This document shows, one piece after another, positions 30,235-40,248 of a stretch of DNA of 46,064 bases. Position 1 is the stretch's first letter; every line of letters begins with the position of its first letter. The DNA comes from a virus. The notes below the pieces were generated by a model. That model had not been told where the DNA came from. It saw only the letters and a list, made by a program, of their open reading frames with translations, and searched no databases. Both the position numbers and the translations under genes were made by a program. Where the stretch lies: IMG/VR virus record IMGVR_UViG_3300045988_118513. One strand, given 5' to 3'.

Positions 30235-33200
30235 CTACGCACCCATGCGCGCGTACTCGACAACACGCCCATCAGCCACGTCACTAATGAACGTCTCAAG
30301 CTCCGTCTCATCCGACAAGCGCAGACCAAACCTGGCGCCACGCAATGACTCGGGATCAACACGCACCGTCACACGCGAATCCTGCGACATGTCCAACCTG
30401 CCACCATCAAACACGCGCATCCGCACACCCGTACCAGCATCCACTACGCGGCCAGCCATCGCCTCAGCCTCACGCACAGCAGCATCCGCCTCACTACGAA
30501 TACCGCCAGCCAAACCCTGAGGAATAAACTCGCCAAAACGACGGAACACCTTCGACGGGCTGTTAATCTCCAACACGCCACGAGCCGCGCCAACCGTCTC
30601 AGACGCCATACTCACAGCCGCATCGGTAGCCCACCCGGACGCCCGCTCAATACCCTGAGCGAAACCCTCCGGCACGCTATAACCGATCTTACGGAACACC
30701 TTCGACGGACTGTTAATATCAAGCGCAACCTTCACGCCAGACGCCACAGAATCCGCCATCGACCGTGCCGCCGCAATCGCACCCTGCACCCTACTCATGA
30801 GGCCGCTAGCAAACGATGCGCCCGCGTTCACACCCATGCTCCACAACCGGCTCGCAGCCATACTCACGCCAGCCACAGCCTGCGACACCAAGCTCGATGC
30901 CGCCGAATACGCTGCTCCGGCCATCGACCCCAAGGCCGACGCAAAGCTCGAACCGCCCGCATGACCAGGCTGCGCGTAATTCGGCGCGGACAAACCAGAA
31001 TGAGCCTGATTACCGACCATAGTACCCACAATGTAAGCACTCGGCGCAGTCGCGCCGACAGCACCCACATACGCGTTACCGTTCGCCGTGCCCGCCGCAC
31101 TGAACTGCGCCGTCTTACCATTCAGCGTCAACGCCCAGCCATCAGCCGTCTCACTGATCTGCACGCCCGCAGCGGACAAAGCCTTAATCAGCTCATCCGA
31201 CGTCGTAGCGCCAGCCGCCGCCGCCTTCGCGCCAGCATCAACGCCCAGCTGATTCAATGCCCCAACAACGTTCTGCTTCATCGTGTCAAACGATCCGGTC
31301 ACCGCATTGTGGAACTCCTGCAACGCGGGAGTCGCGTTCCACGCCGCGCCCTGCAGCGCCGGACCCAGCCCATTCACCTGGTTCAACAACTCCTGCAAAT
31401 GCTCCTTGCCCGCATCCGACGTATCCGCCAAAGCGTCCTTCAGCTGCTGCAAATACTGAGCGCCCTGCGGCAACTGCGCCAACTGCTCCAACACCTGCGT
31501 GCTGAAACCAGCCGACGCAAGGTCCAGCATGTTCTGTGCAACCTGCGCCTGTGCGTCAACCTGAGCCTGCAGGTTTGACAGCACAGTCTCAACCGACTGC
31601 ACCGCCTCACCATTCGCGTCCCTGGCCGCTGCGCCGACGTCGATCATCGACTGACTCACGCGCTCAATCGCCGCATGCAACCCCTCGGCCTTCTTAGCGC
31701 CAAAACCCCACTGGGTAAAGTTCTGGTCCATCGCCTTACCGAAAGCCGCCGTGTTGTACGCCAAACGCGCCTGATCTGCCTGCATCTTCTGCCACAGCAG
31801 GTCAGTCTGCCCCACCAACAAGTTATGCAACGACTGCTTATCCGTCGCATACCCCATCGAGCGCGCATACTCCTCAAGGCCAGCACGCAAACCAGTCACA
31901 GAATCCAACGCCGAATCCAGCGTCTTATCCCACTCCTGATTAGACGCGCCACCCTTAACAAGCTCCTCGCGCATCTGACGCAACGCCTCAGCCGCGCCCG
32001 CAAAATTGCCTGAACGAGCAATCTCAGCAATGCGATCAAACGCGTCCGAGATATTCACAGCAGCACTTGTCGCGTGAACGTTACCGGCCCCCCACTCGCC
32101 AAGGCCAGCGGAAAGCCAGTTAGCCCACCGGGGGGCCGCGCGGTAGTTCTGCAACGCCAGATCGACGCCGCTACCGCCCTTAAGCCCGATAGGCCCCGCC
32201 TTCTTCGTGACCTCGCTCATCAGAGACGACACCTTGGCCGACGCGCCATCAGCGCCATCTGCGACCTTCGTAAGCGCGTTAGCGAGATCGTTACTCAACG
32301 CGTCCGTCGCCTGGTTAGACCACGAAATCAGGCCACCCAACGCCAAGCCAGCGCCAGCAAGCGCCAGGCCCCACGGGCCAGTCAAGAACGACACCACGCC
32401 AGCCGCCCCCTGAGCGAGCTTGCCCATAGCGCCCTGCGCCTTAGCCGCCACGCCGCTAAACTTGCCGACCCTACTGCCTGCGCCAGCGCCAGCCGCTACA
32501 GCCGCCACCTCACCAGCAGCCGCGCCACCCTCAAGCGCGGACGCGCCCACGCGAGCGGCCGCAAACTTCAACAACGCTTCCTTCGCCGCCAACGAATCAG
32601 CCCGCAGCCCAGACAAAGCGCCAGACAGGGCCTTCACCAGGGACGCTGCAGACGACAAGCCGCGGAAAGCCAGGAACCCAGTCGCCACCGCCTCGACAGC
32701 GCCAGGAATACGAACCAGAGCGTCCAGCAGCTTCGACAACGCCTCAGCGACCGGCGTCGCAACCTTCCCCCACGACTCGATAGCACGACCCAACGCCGGA
32801 CCGCCCCTCTCGACAGCACGAGACAAAGCCGGACCCAAACGTTCTGCAGCGTGAGCCAACGCCTCCATAGCCGCGCCAACCACAGGCGACAAGCCCCTGC
32901 CCAAGGAGCCCATGAACGACATCAAGGACCCGAGGCCCTTCGACACCTTCGACCACACGCCCGCAATACGCGACAAGCCATCCGCCAACCCATCGAACAG
33001 GCTATGGAACCCCTTGTTGAACTCCTTACCACTGAACGACGTCAGCAGGGCCTTCGTGAACTTCCCGCCCACGCGGCCCATCGCCTCGCCAGCCTCAGCG
33101 GCCAGATGCGACCACGAGGAGGCGAACTCGCCCCACACGCCCTTAGTCTGAGCCTTGAAAGCCGCCCAAGCCTCAGACATGCCACGGAACATGCGGCGCA

Positions 33201-35103
33201 AACCAGACTGGAAAGCCGCCCCGTTCACGGCCTTATTCACGGCCTCAAGGCCATCAGCGAACCGCCGCATCGACGCTCCGCCCTCAGCCTCAGCCGCCCG
33301 ATAAAACCCCTTCAAGACGCCGCCAGCACTCCACACGGCGCGGCCAAAGTCCTTGAATGCTTCGATCCCAGCCTGGATACGCGCGTCCAACTCGCCAGAC
33401 GCATCAGCCTTTACCAGCCAATCCGCATACTTGTCCGTAACTCGGCCAATCCATCCGAGCATCCGCTCAAACGTAGCCGACCCGTGCCTCCCCAACACGG
33501 CCAAGACCGTTGCCAGAGAGTCCGAGTGGGAAGCAAGCTCGTCCACGCCCTTCGACGCATGCTCAAACATCTCACCGATGTGCGGCTTGAGAACCTTGTT
33601 GAACGAATCCAGCAAGCTCCCAAAATGAGCGCCCATCGCGCTCGACAAGCGGGCAAACCCCTCACTCATCGCAGGGAAGAAAGACTGGACCAGGCCGTCC
33701 ACGCGCTCAGGCGTGAACCCATCCCAGAACCCCTTCTGGATGCCCTTGTTCATGTCCTTGAACGCGTCAGTCACCCGAGGCAAGTAATCCGACAGGCCCT
33801 TAAATGCCTGGATCAGCGTGTAACCCACAAACCCGGCAGTCACGGCCAAGGTAGGACCAAGCAAGCCAGCAGCCGTCACAGCCTGCGCAATCGCCCCGCC
33901 CAACGTGAGCGTATGCTTCAACAACTGAGTCACGCCAGAACCGGCCACCGCAAACCCGGCCCCCACAGCACCAATCAGCGGCACCATCTTGTCCAGATTC
34001 TTCACCAAGTCCCACACGTTCGACGTCAAATCCTTCGCCAAACGCCAACCCGACATCGCGGCCAACGTCTCCCTGGCGATCACCATCGCCTTGTGGTCAA
34101 TCACCGGACGCAGCTTCACCCACCTGTCGCGGGCCAGCATCGCCAACCGGGCCGCCGCCACATAGCGGGACGAATGATCCAACCCGAGCTTGAACTCCAA
34201 CTCAGTGTCATCCCACTTACGCTTGAAGTGCTTGAGCTTGCGGCCAACCTCCCGCAGCTCATGGTCACTCATGTGCGGCTTAATCTCCAAGTGGAAAGCC
34301 TCGTGCCTGCCGAACGCCCGCTCACGCATCTCATGACGCAGCTTGTCCAACGCCGCGTCGATCCGTCCTGACTTCACGTCGACGTCTGGGTCAACTACGT
34401 ACTTCCAGCCGTGAGCGAACTCTCGCTCCATGCGGGACCGTATTCGACGCAACGCCCCTATGTCATTCAAGTCCTCGTCAACGCGCCACTTCACGCGGCC
34501 TGTGTATTCCTTGTTAAAGAACCCGTCCAGCACGCCGCGCACGCGCTCCTGCCACTGGGAGTCGGGCCGCAACTCAAACTCCACAGGGCCCAACTCGCGG
34601 AACGCCCGGCGCATCTCCTCACCGCGACGCCCATACCACATGCGGAACGCCGACTCCGTATGCCCACGCCAATACGAATCCTCGTCGGAGTGCGGGCCCT
34701 TAAACTTCAGCCGCTTAGCCGCGTCCCGCTTCATCGCCTCCAACGACGCCGACCAATGCCGCCTGATCGTATCCATGTCACCGTCGTAAACCTTCGACAA
34801 CGCGCCAGACTGACGCTCCATCGCGTCATCCAGACGATCAGCCATCGCGCCGATCTTCGCGAACTCACGCTCATCAAAATGGACGCCCATCTGGACATCC
34901 TTCACTGCAGCCTGCGCCCGCTCAGACATCACACGAACGCGCTCACGCAACGCGTTCTCGTCCAACTCGACGCCAACCTCAAGCGGCTGCAAACGCTTCT
35001 CAATCGCATCCAAACGCCGCGACAAGTCACCCCAGAAATCCTTCGTATCCGGCGTGACCTTCACCGCTAGACGCGCAACAACATTACCGGCCTCAGCACC
35101 CAT
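30235..35103 (-). CDS. Tape measure protein (1622 aa)
   Basis: Size, Ala/Gly-rich helical composition, internal hydrophobic segments and position after the G/GT chaperones. It has two INSPSKVFR motifs near the C-terminus. Confidence 0.9.
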   Translation of the reverse strand: MGAEAGNVVARLAVKVTPDTKDFWGDLSRRLDAIEKRLQPLEVGVELDENALRERVRVMSERAQAAVKDVQMGVHFDEREFAKIGAMADRLDDAMERQSGALSKVYDGDMDTIRRHWSASLEAMKRDAAKRLKFKGPHSDEDSYWRGHTESAFRMWYGRRGEEMRRAFRELGPVEFELRPDSQWQERVRGVLDGFFNKEYTGRVKWRVDEDLNDIGALRRIRSRMEREFAHGWKYVVDPDVDVKSGRIDAALDKLRHEMRERAFGRHEAFHLEIKPHMSDHELREVGRKLKHFKRKWDDTELEFKLGLDHSSRYVAAARLAMLARDRWVKLRPVIDHKAMVIARETLAAMSGWRLAKDLTSNVWDLVKNLDKMVPLIGAVGAGFAVAGSGVTQLLKHTLTLGGAIAQAVTAAGLLGPTLAVTAGFVGYTLIQAFKGLSDYLPRVTDAFKDMNKGIQKGFWDGFTPERVDGLVQSFFPAMSEGFARLSSAMGAHFGSLLDSFNKVLKPHIGEMFEHASKGVDELASHSDSLATVLAVLGRHGSATFERMLGWIGRVTDKYADWLVKADASGELDARIQAGIEAFKDFGRAVWSAGGVLKGFYRAAEAEGGASMRRFADGLEAVNKAVNGAAFQSGLRRMFRGMSEAWAAFKAQTKGVWGEFASSWSHLAAEAGEAMGRVGGKFTKALLTSFSGKEFNKGFHSLFDGLADGLSRIAGVWSKVSKGLGSLMSFMGSLGRGLSPVVGAAMEALAHAAERLGPALSRAVERGGPALGRAIESWGKVATPVAEALSKLLDALVRIPGAVEAVATGFLAFRGLSSAASLVKALSGALSGLRADSLAAKEALLKFAAARVGASALEGGAAAGEVAAVAAGAGAGSRVGKFSGVAAKAQGAMGKLAQGAAGVVSFLTGPWGLALAGAGLALGGLISWSNQATDALSNDLANALTKVADGADGASAKVSSLMSEVTKKAGPIGLKGGSGVDLALQNYRAAPRWANWLSAGLGEWGAGNVHATSAAVNISDAFDRIAEIARSGNFAGAAEALRQMREELVKGGASNQEWDKTLDSALDSVTGLRAGLEEYARSMGYATDKQSLHNLLVGQTDLLWQKMQADQARLAYNTAAFGKAMDQNFTQWGFGAKKAEGLHAAIERVSQSMIDVGAAARDANGEAVQSVETVLSNLQAQVDAQAQVAQNMLDLASAGFSTQVLEQLAQLPQGAQYLQQLKDALADTSDAGKEHLQELLNQVNGLGPALQGAAWNATPALQEFHNAVTGSFDTMKQNVVGALNQLGVDAGAKAAAAGATTSDELIKALSAAGVQISETADGWALTLNGKTAQFSAAGTANGNAYVGAVGATAPSAYIVGTMVGNQAHSGLSAPNYAQPGHAGGSSFASALGSMAGAAYSAASSLVSQAVAGVSMAASRLWSMGVNAGASFASGLMSRVQGAIAAARSMADSVASGVKVALDINSPSKVFRKIGYSVPEGFAQGIERASGWATDAAVSMASETVGAARGVLEINSPSKVFRRFGEFIPQGLAGGIRSEADAAVREAEAMAGRVVDAGTGVRMRVFDGGRLDMSQDSRVTVRVDPESLRGARFGLRLSDETELETFISDVADGRVVEYARMGA

Positions 35104-35152
35104 AAACCCCCCTCAACAACAACCCGCGAGGGGGCGAGGCAGACCACCCCGG

Positions 35153-35868
35153 TCACCCAGAAACGAGGTCCACGAACATCTGCCTCACGCCCTTCACGGT
35201 GCACTTCTCCGCCGCAAACGTCTGCTTCACCCCAGGGCGGCCCGGCCACAACACCGGACGCCGCGACTTCCCAAAACCAGTCGCCACCGTATTCACCGAA
35301 ATGTTGTCGAACACGTCAGCCATCAGCGACATCTCCCGCGTCCACCCGCGCAACTCAGGCATCTCCGCCAGAATCGCCTGCGTCCAACAACCATCCGGCA
35401 ACCCGCGCACCAGAGCAAGCAAAAAACGCGGGGACGGGGAACCTCTCTCAATCGCATCCACCAGGTCAATCCCATAGTGAAGTCGAAAGTCAACGTAAAT
35501 CCCCGTCCCCGCCTTATCCAGCAAGCCTGCGACGGCTAGGCTTCCCCCACCTGCGTGCGCTCAAAGTAGAGCGTCACCAGCGTGTCCAGCACAGCCGCAT
35601 CCTCGCCAATCTCATCAAGGAGAGACGCCGCCGCAGACTTATCCTCTGCGACCAGCATCAGCATGTCACGGTAAAACTCCGTCACATCCGTCTGCTCCTC
35701 GCTCACCTTGCGAGCAGCCATCATCTGATTGAACCGCTCACGCTCATCCTTGGTCACGCGCATCAGGCCACGGAACACGACGCCACGAACCACAAGGTTC
35801 TTGTACTTGTTGTTCGCCTCAGCGCGCAGAGCGTCAAGGTCAAGATTCTCGAAATCAATTGCAGTCAT
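35153..35868 (-). CDS. Tail assembly chaperone, GT-type -1 frameshift product
   Basis: The 35153..35524 frame is open upstream to 35560 and is -1 relative to the G frame. The slippery run GGGGGAA lies at 35542-35548, just before the G stop (TAG 35536-35538). Confidence 0.6.
35536..35868 (-). CDS. Tail assembly chaperone (G-type, 110 aa)
   Basis: Frame 35536..36075 trimmed to ATG 35868 (MTAIDFENLDLDALRAE...). It lies between the major tail and tape measure genes. Confidence 0.7.
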   Translation of the reverse strand: MTAIDFENLDLDALRAEANNKYKNLVVRGVVFRGLMRVTKDERERFNQMMAARKVSEEQTDVTEFYRDMLMLVAEDKSAAASLLDEIGEDAAVLDTLVTLYFERTQVGEA

Positions 35869-35903
35869 TACAAGCCTCCCAATAGTGCCACAGTGGTATG
35901 CCA

Positions 35904-35964
35904 GGAAAAGAAAGGGGGTGACCCGTGTAGCCACCCTGGCACCCGCCCTACGCGGGCCACCCCC
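35904..35964 (-). terminator. Candidate terminator or attenuator after the major tail gene
   Basis: The minus strand reads GGGGGTG...CACCCCC (35958-35964/35914-35920) with inner CCCGC/GCGGG pairing, followed by TTTCTTTTCC. Confidence 0.45.
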
Positions 35965-35974
35965 AAAGCCTCGA

Positions 35975-36538
35975 TCAGCCAGCCAAAGACATAACCTCGC
36001 CAATGCCGAGCGTGTTACCGTTCTTGTCCTCAAGGACCTCGAACTTAATCGGCAGAGATGCCAACTCCTCGACACTGTTCACGTCGAAATCGCCGTTAGC
36101 AACCAGGTCCGCCTTACCCGCGTGGATAAAGCAGACGTTGCCCTCATCTTCGACGACGATCAGCAGAGCGCAATGCTCAGCCGTGGGCTTGGACTTCGCG
36201 TACGTGATGCCATCCACCGTCGCAGCGTTAGCACCCAGGTAGCGCTTAATCGACACAGCGTCGAACTGCTCAAGAGAAATCTCAATCGAATACGACACAT
36301 CCGAAATCGACGTGCGCAGCTTCTTCTTCTGCAACGAACCCTTCGTCGTGACGTCACCGCCAGTACGCGCCGCCTTAAACGGATTCTCCGCCGACGTGTG
36401 ACCGATATTCGTCCAGTCCGTCAAAGCAGTCGTCTTGTTTGTCTTGTACGCCGTAAGCGTTGGAGCCTTCGTGTCAACCGGCGCAGTGTAGATCTGCGCA
36501 GTCGCCACGATCATCGTCTTGTTATCGTCCATCGCCAT
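35975..36538 (-). CDS. Major tail protein (187 aa)
   Basis: Frame 35975..36565 trimmed to ATG 36538 (GGTGAGG RBS 5 nt upstream). Assigned by position upstream of the chaperones and by typical size. Confidence 0.7.
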   Translation of the reverse strand: MAMDDNKTMIVATAQIYTAPVDTKAPTLTAYKTNKTTALTDWTNIGHTSAENPFKAARTGGDVTTKGSLQKKKLRTSISDVSYSIEISLEQFDAVSIKRYLGANAATVDGITYAKSKPTAEHCALLIVVEDEGNVCFIHAGKADLVANGDFDVNSVEELASLPIKFEVLEDKNGNTLGIGEVMSLAG

Positions 36539-36561
36539 AACAACCTCACCCTTCCGCACCA

Positions 36562-37047
36562 TCAACGGTGCAATACCACCAGCCGAGCCTGAAACACGAA
36601 ACGCTCCACGCCCACCGGCAAATCCTGATACTGGACCGGGCCAGTGGAATCCGCCCAGTCCTCACGACGACGCGGACGCTCCATCAACTCGAAAGCCTTC
36701 ACGAAAGACTCCCGGCCAGGAACCCGCCTGCCCCGCGTCGCATACTCGCGCAACAACTTGATAATCGACCAGCTAATACGCCACGCAACATCCTCAGCGT
36801 CCAGCCCGGACGCGAACGTGTGAACCTCGAACTCCAACACGTCCACAGCATCGTCCGACCGGATGAACTGGCCTCCCGTCGTGGGCTGCACCTCCACAAC
36901 CATCACGTACGGGAGAGAGTTACCCTCCTCGATGCGAGACCTGCACGTCACCCCGTCAGGCAGGTCCGCCTCCAACCAGGCAGGCAAGAACGCCTCAACC
37001 GTCACATGCCGCCCTGGGTCCAACTTCGACGGGTCAAACACGGCCAC
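36562..37047 (-). CDS. Head-tail joining protein (tail terminator position; start uncertain)
   Basis: The distal part of ORF 36562..37194 is taken. A GTG at 37047 or 37041 overlaps the upstream TGA. The upstream part of the ORF overlaps the neighbouring gene by 160 nt. Confidence 0.5.
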   Translation of the reverse strand: MAVFDPSKLDPGRHVTVEAFLPAWLEADLPDGVTCRSRIEEGNSLPYVMVVEVQPTTGGQFIRSDDAVDVLEFEVHTFASGLDAEDVAWRISWSIIKLLREYATRGRRVPGRESFVKAFELMERPRRREDWADSTGPVQYQDLPVGVERFVFQARLVVLHR

Positions 37048-37393
37048 CAGCCGCAGCTGCAGCCAACGCCCCCACGCCCCTCGCGGGGCCAATGTGAATG
37101 ACCCTCTGGCCGACAATCGTCCCCGAATCGTCAACAATCGGCTTGTACCGTATCTCGCCGCCGCGCCCATACTCGATAGCCGCCGCAGCACCATACCCGT
37201 CCTCGTCGCTCAGGACGATGTACCCGTCAACCCAAGCGACGTACGATTCAATTTTTGAGTGCCCCTGGTAGCGGTGGGCCGCGAGCTTAGCCCGAGCGAC
37301 CGCCGCCCGCTTGTGCGTCTGACCCGCAATCTCGCGCCGCACCTGCGGCATGTGAGACACGATCTTATTCAACCGCTGCTCAGTCACCAGCAT
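37034..37393 (-). CDS. Head-tail joining protein (HK97 gp10-like position)
   Basis: ATG 37393 (MLVTEQRLNKIVSHMPQVRREI...). The ORF-track start at 37417 is a TTG. Confidence 0.55.
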   Translation of the reverse strand: MLVTEQRLNKIVSHMPQVRREIAGQTHKRAAVARAKLAAHRYQGHSKIESYVAWVDGYIVLSDEDGYGAAAAIEYGRGGEIRYKPIVDDSGTIVGQRVIHIGPARGVGALAAAAAGGRV

Positions 37394-37787
37394 GGTTGCC
37401 ACCGGCACCACCACCAATCCCAGCCAAGTTCGACGGCGGACGCGGCTTGCACTCGAACTCCCAATGAGTCGTACGCCTTGTCCCCCGCTTCAACGCCGGG
37501 GGCGCAGCAGCATCCCACTGCTTCCCGTCGAACTCGATCAACGTCCACGCGCCGACGTCCGTCAACAATTCGCCGTCAACCGTGCGAGGCTCCACCAGGA
37601 TCAACGCGACTTCGTTCGTCAGCTGGCCCTTCGCCGCGCCACGGTTTGACCTGATCTGTTTCATCGACATGCGGCACTTGTACGGGCGCTCCAAGTCCGG
37701 GACAGTCACCAGGTTCCCCCTGGCGTCCCTCGCGCGCTTGCGCCCGTACACGATCCCAGTCATGCCCCTGTGTCTACCGACCGCCAC
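37380..37787 (-). CDS. Head-tail joining protein (head closure position)
   Basis: A GTG start shares one base with the upstream TAG (TAGTG), with GGAGGGGGA 6 nt upstream. Confidence 0.55.
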   Translation of the reverse strand: MAVGRHRGMTGIVYGRKRARDARGNLVTVPDLERPYKCRMSMKQIRSNRGAAKGQLTNEVALILVEPRTVDGELLTDVGAWTLIEFDGKQWDAAAPPALKRGTRRTTHWEFECKPRPPSNLAGIGGGAGGNHAGD

Positions 37788-38311
37788 TACAGGTCCCCCT
37801 CGCTCCACTTGAAGCGGGCACCCGGCATCCACCAGTCGCACCTGCGCCAGCCGCGCTCGACATCCCTCGATGTCGGCGCAGTAGGGGAGTGGACGAACGT
37901 GTGAACCACGCTCAACGTCGAATCCAACCCCGCCGCCTGGCGCAACGTCCGCACCTCATCCGGCGTGTAGAACACCGTGCCGGTGCGCAACGCAAGGTCT
38001 GTATACGCCTCGGTCTCGTCACCGGCCCTGGACTGGACCACGGACTCCGACAAGTCCATGTAACGAACACAAGCGTTACGGACAATCGTCTTAACGACCG
38101 GGGGAACGGCGTCCGCCATCCACGACGGCCTGCCATGCAAACGAGCCAAGTTCGACGCATCCCAAATCACCGCCGCCGCCGTATCCTTCTCGTCAGGCGA
38201 CAACGCATACTTGAGGCGCGCCTCCAACTCGGCAACGCTAATCAACATCTCTCGACGTCGCGCCGTCTCAGCCTCACTCGCGGACGGGGACGCTTCCTCA
38301 GCTCCACTCAC
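37787..38311 (-). CDS. Head-tail connector/adaptor protein
   Basis: GTG 38311 with a GAAGGGGG RBS. MLISVAELEARLKYALSPDEKDTAAAVIWDASNL resembles gp6-like connectors. The ORF-track TTG start abuts the terminator. Confidence 0.55.
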   Translation of the reverse strand: MSGAEEASPSASEAETARRREMLISVAELEARLKYALSPDEKDTAAAVIWDASNLARLHGRPSWMADAVPPVVKTIVRNACVRYMDLSESVVQSRAGDETEAYTDLALRTGTVFYTPDEVRTLRQAAGLDSTLSVVHTFVHSPTAPTSRDVERGWRRCDWWMPGARFKWSEGDL

Positions 38312-38327
38312 ACAAACACCCCCTTCA

Positions 38328-38348
38328 CGCAAACGAGGGGCGCGCCCC
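38328..38348 (-). terminator. Candidate terminator or attenuator after the major capsid gene
   Basis: Self-complementary GGGGCGCGCCCC (38337-38348) followed on the minus strand by TCGTTTGCG. Confidence 0.4.
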
Positions 38349-38492
38349 CACGGGTTGACACCTCGCGCACATTAACGGGATGCAAGCCAACCCACGGGGA
38401 CACTACCCCGCGCTCACAGCTGGCCCAGCTGCTCCATCTCAGGGCGGCGGCGGACCGCTCGCCCCCGAGGCCGGAACCACCAGAACAACCCC

Positions 38493-39542
38493 TCAAGCAG
38501 AAACAGCTGCAGTCGTGTGCTTAGAACGCTTGTCCAAGCCAAGAGCCTTACCAACCGCAACCTTGTCGCTGCCCTCAGCAAAGTACTTGTCCGTGCCGCC
38601 CAGCTTGAGCTTCACAGCACGCAGCGCGTACTGATCGTCCGAAATCTTCTCCACACCAGCAGCCTCATCCCAGTACACAACCGGGTCAAGAACCTGCTGG
38701 AAGCCATACCAGGTGTTAACCGTGGAACGCTCCTGCTGGCGCATCGCATCGTAGTCACGCAGCCAGCGCATTGCGATGCCCGAATCAGAAATGCTGGTCG
38801 CGCCCTTCACCGACTCGGGAACATGCGGGGCCGCGTTAAGGAAGATGAACGCGTCACCAACCAAAGCGTAAGCCTCGTCAGCGGGCAAGTCCTCAGACAC
38901 AACGATGTTGAATCCCTTGACCTTGCCCAGAACAGCGTCCGCGAACGCCGTCTCCGCCAGCTTGTCGCCAACCGACGCGGCCTTCACAAAGTCCGCCGAC
39001 TGCAGCAGCGTATCCCAGTCAGAACCCACAACCAGCGTGCGCGAAACCTTCGACGCACCCAGGCGATTCAGAGCACGACGCGCCTCGATAATATCCTTGA
39101 GGACATTGTTCTCCTTCGCGCCAATCTCAACCGTGTACTTGCCCGTCTTGAGAGCATTCACCGCACCGTATTCCAGCTTGCGGGCAACGGCATGCGCCTG
39201 GGCCGGGAGGATCGACGTGCCCCAACCATTAAAGTCGAACTCCCATTCCTCGTCCGTCAGCGACGTCGCAGAATACGCGTTACCGCCGAAGCGCACCGCA
39301 ATCTTGCGTTCCTTGTACGGATCAAGAATCAGTTCCTGCGCACGGTTATTACGCCACTCGTAATCGTGAGCGGGCAGGATGCCCGGAACCTTCACGTTAA
39401 GGGTGTCATCCTTGGCACCCTTAAAGTCCTCGATGCCCTTCTTCGCGAACAGCGTCGGAACAACCAGCTCACGCTCAGTCAGCGCGACCGCCGTCGCCGC
39501 GAGCTTTTCCGGCTTCACCGGGGAATGAACAACAGCCACCAT
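38493..39542 (-). CDS. Major capsid protein (349 aa)
   Basis: Strong GAGGAG RBS. Assigned by position after the scaffold gene, by size and by a terminator-like hairpin downstream. Confidence 0.8.
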   Translation of the reverse strand: MVAVVHSPVKPEKLAATAVALTERELVVPTLFAKKGIEDFKGAKDDTLNVKVPGILPAHDYEWRNNRAQELILDPYKERKIAVRFGGNAYSATSLTDEEWEFDFNGWGTSILPAQAHAVARKLEYGAVNALKTGKYTVEIGAKENNVLKDIIEARRALNRLGASKVSRTLVVGSDWDTLLQSADFVKAASVGDKLAETAFADAVLGKVKGFNIVVSEDLPADEAYALVGDAFIFLNAAPHVPESVKGATSISDSGIAMRWLRDYDAMRQQERSTVNTWYGFQQVLDPVVYWDEAAGVEKISDDQYALRAVKLKLGGTDKYFAEGSDKVAVGKALGLDKRSKHTTAAVSA

Positions 39543-39583
39543 ACTATCTCCTCTACAGACTCAAGAAACCAAACCAGGAAACG

Positions 39584-40162
39584 TCAAATACGAGGCACGC
39601 GACTGCGAACAAACTCGCGCGCGTCAAACTCGCCTTCCGTCTCCTCACCGGGAGCCAAGCCCCCACCCTTGCGAGGCAGACCAGCCGCGCCGCCAGCCGC
39701 GCCCACCAGGGCCGCCAACTCCTCGCACGCGGCACGCATCTCCTCGACCGTGCCGTCCTTGACGAACTCGAACGCCTTACCGGGCAGATTCGGGAACTCA
39801 TCACGCACCTGCTGACGCAAACGCACACGATCAAGCTCCGCCTCAACCTGACGCGTTTTCTCGTCAGCCGCCGACATCGCGGCCTCAAACTCCTCCACCG
39901 TCTTGAGGCCCTTCACCGACTCCTGAACTTCGCGCAACTGAGTGCGATAACGAGCCGCCTCGTCACGCGCCCCCTTCAACTCGCGCTGCGCCCACTCAGG
40001 CAGGTCGTCAACCTTACGAGCAGCGCCATCCTGGCCCTCACCCGCGTCAGCTTCCACCTGCGCCTGCTTCTCTGACTCAACCGGCGCATCCTCGCCGCGC
40101 GCGCCCGGCGCGCCACCCTCAACTGCCTCAGCCTCGTCAGCCACATTCTTCTCGTCCGCCAT
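39584..40162 (-). CDS. Scaffolding protein (192 aa)
   Basis: Frame 39584..40246 trimmed to ATG 40162 (GGGAG RBS). The protein is very acidic and Ala/Glu-rich with coiled-coil character. Lies immediately upstream of the capsid gene. Confidence 0.7.
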   Translation of the reverse strand: MADEKNVADEAEAVEGGAPGARGEDAPVESEKQAQVEADAGEGQDGAARKVDDLPEWAQRELKGARDEAARYRTQLREVQESVKGLKTVEEFEAAMSAADEKTRQVEAELDRVRLRQQVRDEFPNLPGKAFEFVKDGTVEEMRAACEELAALVGAAGGAAGLPRKGGGLAPGEETEGEFDAREFVRSRVPRI

Positions 40163-40248
40163 AACACACTCCCAAAAACAAAGCCCGCGCACGCCACCAG
40201 GACGAACGCGGAACACCATTGAAGCCGCCAGGGCTTCCACCAACACGC

